Positions 18,434 to 20,000 of a DNA stretch of 20,000 nucleotides are shown piece by piece. The position numbers and the translations under genes are program-made. The first letter of the stretch is position 1, and every line of letters starts with the position of its first letter. The notes under the pieces were generated by a model. That model ran no database searches. It saw only the letters and a list, made by a program, of their open reading frames with translations, and was not told the origin of the DNA. The stretch lies in IMG/VR virus record IMGVR_UViG_3300037397_000012. One strand, written 5' to 3'. Source of the DNA: an uncultured virus (IMG/VR IMGVR_UViG_3300037397_000012). Its lineage: Duplodnaviria > Heunggongvirae > Uroviricota > Caudoviricetes.

Positions 18434-20000
18434 TTAATTACATATAACCATTCATGTATTTGATCAAACCCATGTTATATCAACTGTATTTAAATTTGTA
18501 TATTTAACTGAACATATTATCTGTGTCAGTGTATCATCAACAACTACAACACTACAATATTTATTTAAGTTATGTGTTATTGTTATTCATCAACTAATAT
18601 TAGTAAATGATTCTGTATAATTCTTATCATCAACTGATGATGTTCATGGTTCAGATTGTCATAATACTACACATCTTCAATCAACTGTTCAAGTTAAATT
18701 AAGAGTAATATTATTTGAATCTACTATAGTATAGTCATCTATTAATATAGGATTATTACTAGAATCATAACACTGTAATATTATATCTTCTGTATCTAAT
18801 CAATGACTTATATTCCAAGTATTATTTGCTGATCACTGATTATGAATATACATCGATCATGGCAATCAAGTTGATGATTGGTTTGCTTTTCATATTATTA
18901 CACATTTTCAACTTATAGAAGATGTTAATTCTACTTGTATATTTCATCAATCAATAATAGTGTAATCATTTATTTCTATTGGGTTGTTACTTGAATCATA
19001 GCATTGTAATATTATATCTTCTGTATTTAATGTATGACTTATATTCCATATATTACTTACAACACCTTGGTTATGTATGTACATAAGATTGGAATTTTCA
19101 TTTGGTATTGCTCATGGTATTTCTACATCTATAACTCATCAGTTGTATGTTGCTGTTACTCATTCTCATATAAAGTTAATTATATTAGATGGAGTTAGAC
19201 TTACTCATTCATCTTGTACTATTATTTGATTATCTGGTATAGTATCCATTTCATAATTAAGATACATTGATTTTATTCTAACACTATCTGTTATAGTATC
19301 TAATTCATTTATATCCCAATTCTGTGCGAACTCTGGATCTGTCACATACACTCAATGTCTGAATATTTGTACATACATTGTATTTCAATCTAAGAAATCA
19401 AGTCAACTAAATGACTCAGGTTTCAAATCAAAATATCAATGTCCTGTATTTATATCTACTTGATATGGAATTGAGATCCGTTTACTTGATAAATTTCAAT
19501 CTAAGTCTACTATTCTAATGTGTGTTTGTATTAAAGCTTTTCAACTTGCTCATAGCAATTGAGTATAAACTCTTAGTCTATTTATTCATGTTATTCAACT
19601 TATATTTACATCTCAATAAAATCAAGATCTAACTTCATCTGGTAGTACTATATACATTTGAGTATCTAGTATTTCTCTTTCATTTTGCCAATGAGCTGCT
19701 GTTCATCAAATAGGAAATACAGATATATTTTTTGCTCATGTACTAGTCACTGTTGCATAATCTAAACCTATTGTAGCTACTCAGTCAACTACTGACACTG
19801 TTATTCAACTGTCACCAATTGCATCTTCTAAACAGTCTTTATCTTCTATTCAGTCTAACTTATTTTTTAAATCATTTGTAAAGTCATTAGTACTTAATCA
19901 TTTACCAGTTATCTTATCAACTTTTCAGTCTAATGCTGTTGCTACTGCTAATTCTGTTGGATATAATGTATCATTAGCTAATGATGAATCTCTTACTGTT
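18434..20000 (-). CDS. Phage tail/structural protein (5' end outside the window) with C-terminal tandem repeats
   Basis: DGKVDKITGKGLSTNDFTNDLKNKLDGI motif; two close C-terminal repeats of type YIHNQ...W.ISH.L.TEDIILQCYDS plus a diverged third. Confidence 0.8.

Noticed and set aside
18690..19090. Near-identical repeats as a diversity-generating retroelement TR/VR pair
   Set aside because: Both copies are in frame within one structural gene, differences are not adenine-specific, and no reverse transcriptase is present in the window.
1..20000. Mass pseudogenisation or UGA=Trp (table 4)
   Set aside because: Interruptions are only TGA, frames stay intact, and TGA aligns to conserved Gly motifs while conserved Trp uses TGG or CGG.

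Overview
Very AT-rich segment of a tailed-phage or prophage genome, transcribed almost entirely on the minus strand. The supplied standard-code ORF track is largely wrong because TGA is read as Gly (translation table 25). In-frame CGG codons also sit where Trp is expected, matching the double recoding (UGA=Gly, CGA/CGG=Trp) described for Absconditabacterales (SR1). With this code the window is densely coding. In transcription order (right to left): four tail/structural genes including two fibre+chaperone cassettes, holin-like gene, permuted NlpC/P60 enzyme, one plus-strand gene behind divergent promoters, CHAP endolysin, DEDDh exonuclease, a ~550-nt gene-free highly structured RNA-like region, wHTH protein, Zn-finger and HNH genes, a terD + Na+/Ca2+-exchanger pair, VRR-NUC nuclease, KTSC protein, SSB-like protein and a replication-initiator-like protein. 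Non-coding highlights: (i) recurring promoter-leader RNA switches of two hairpins with complementary loops, the second being a terminator; (ii) the large structured RNA; (iii) sigma70-like promoters with a consistent 16-bp spacer. All translations were done by hand, and family calls come from motif recognition, not database searches.
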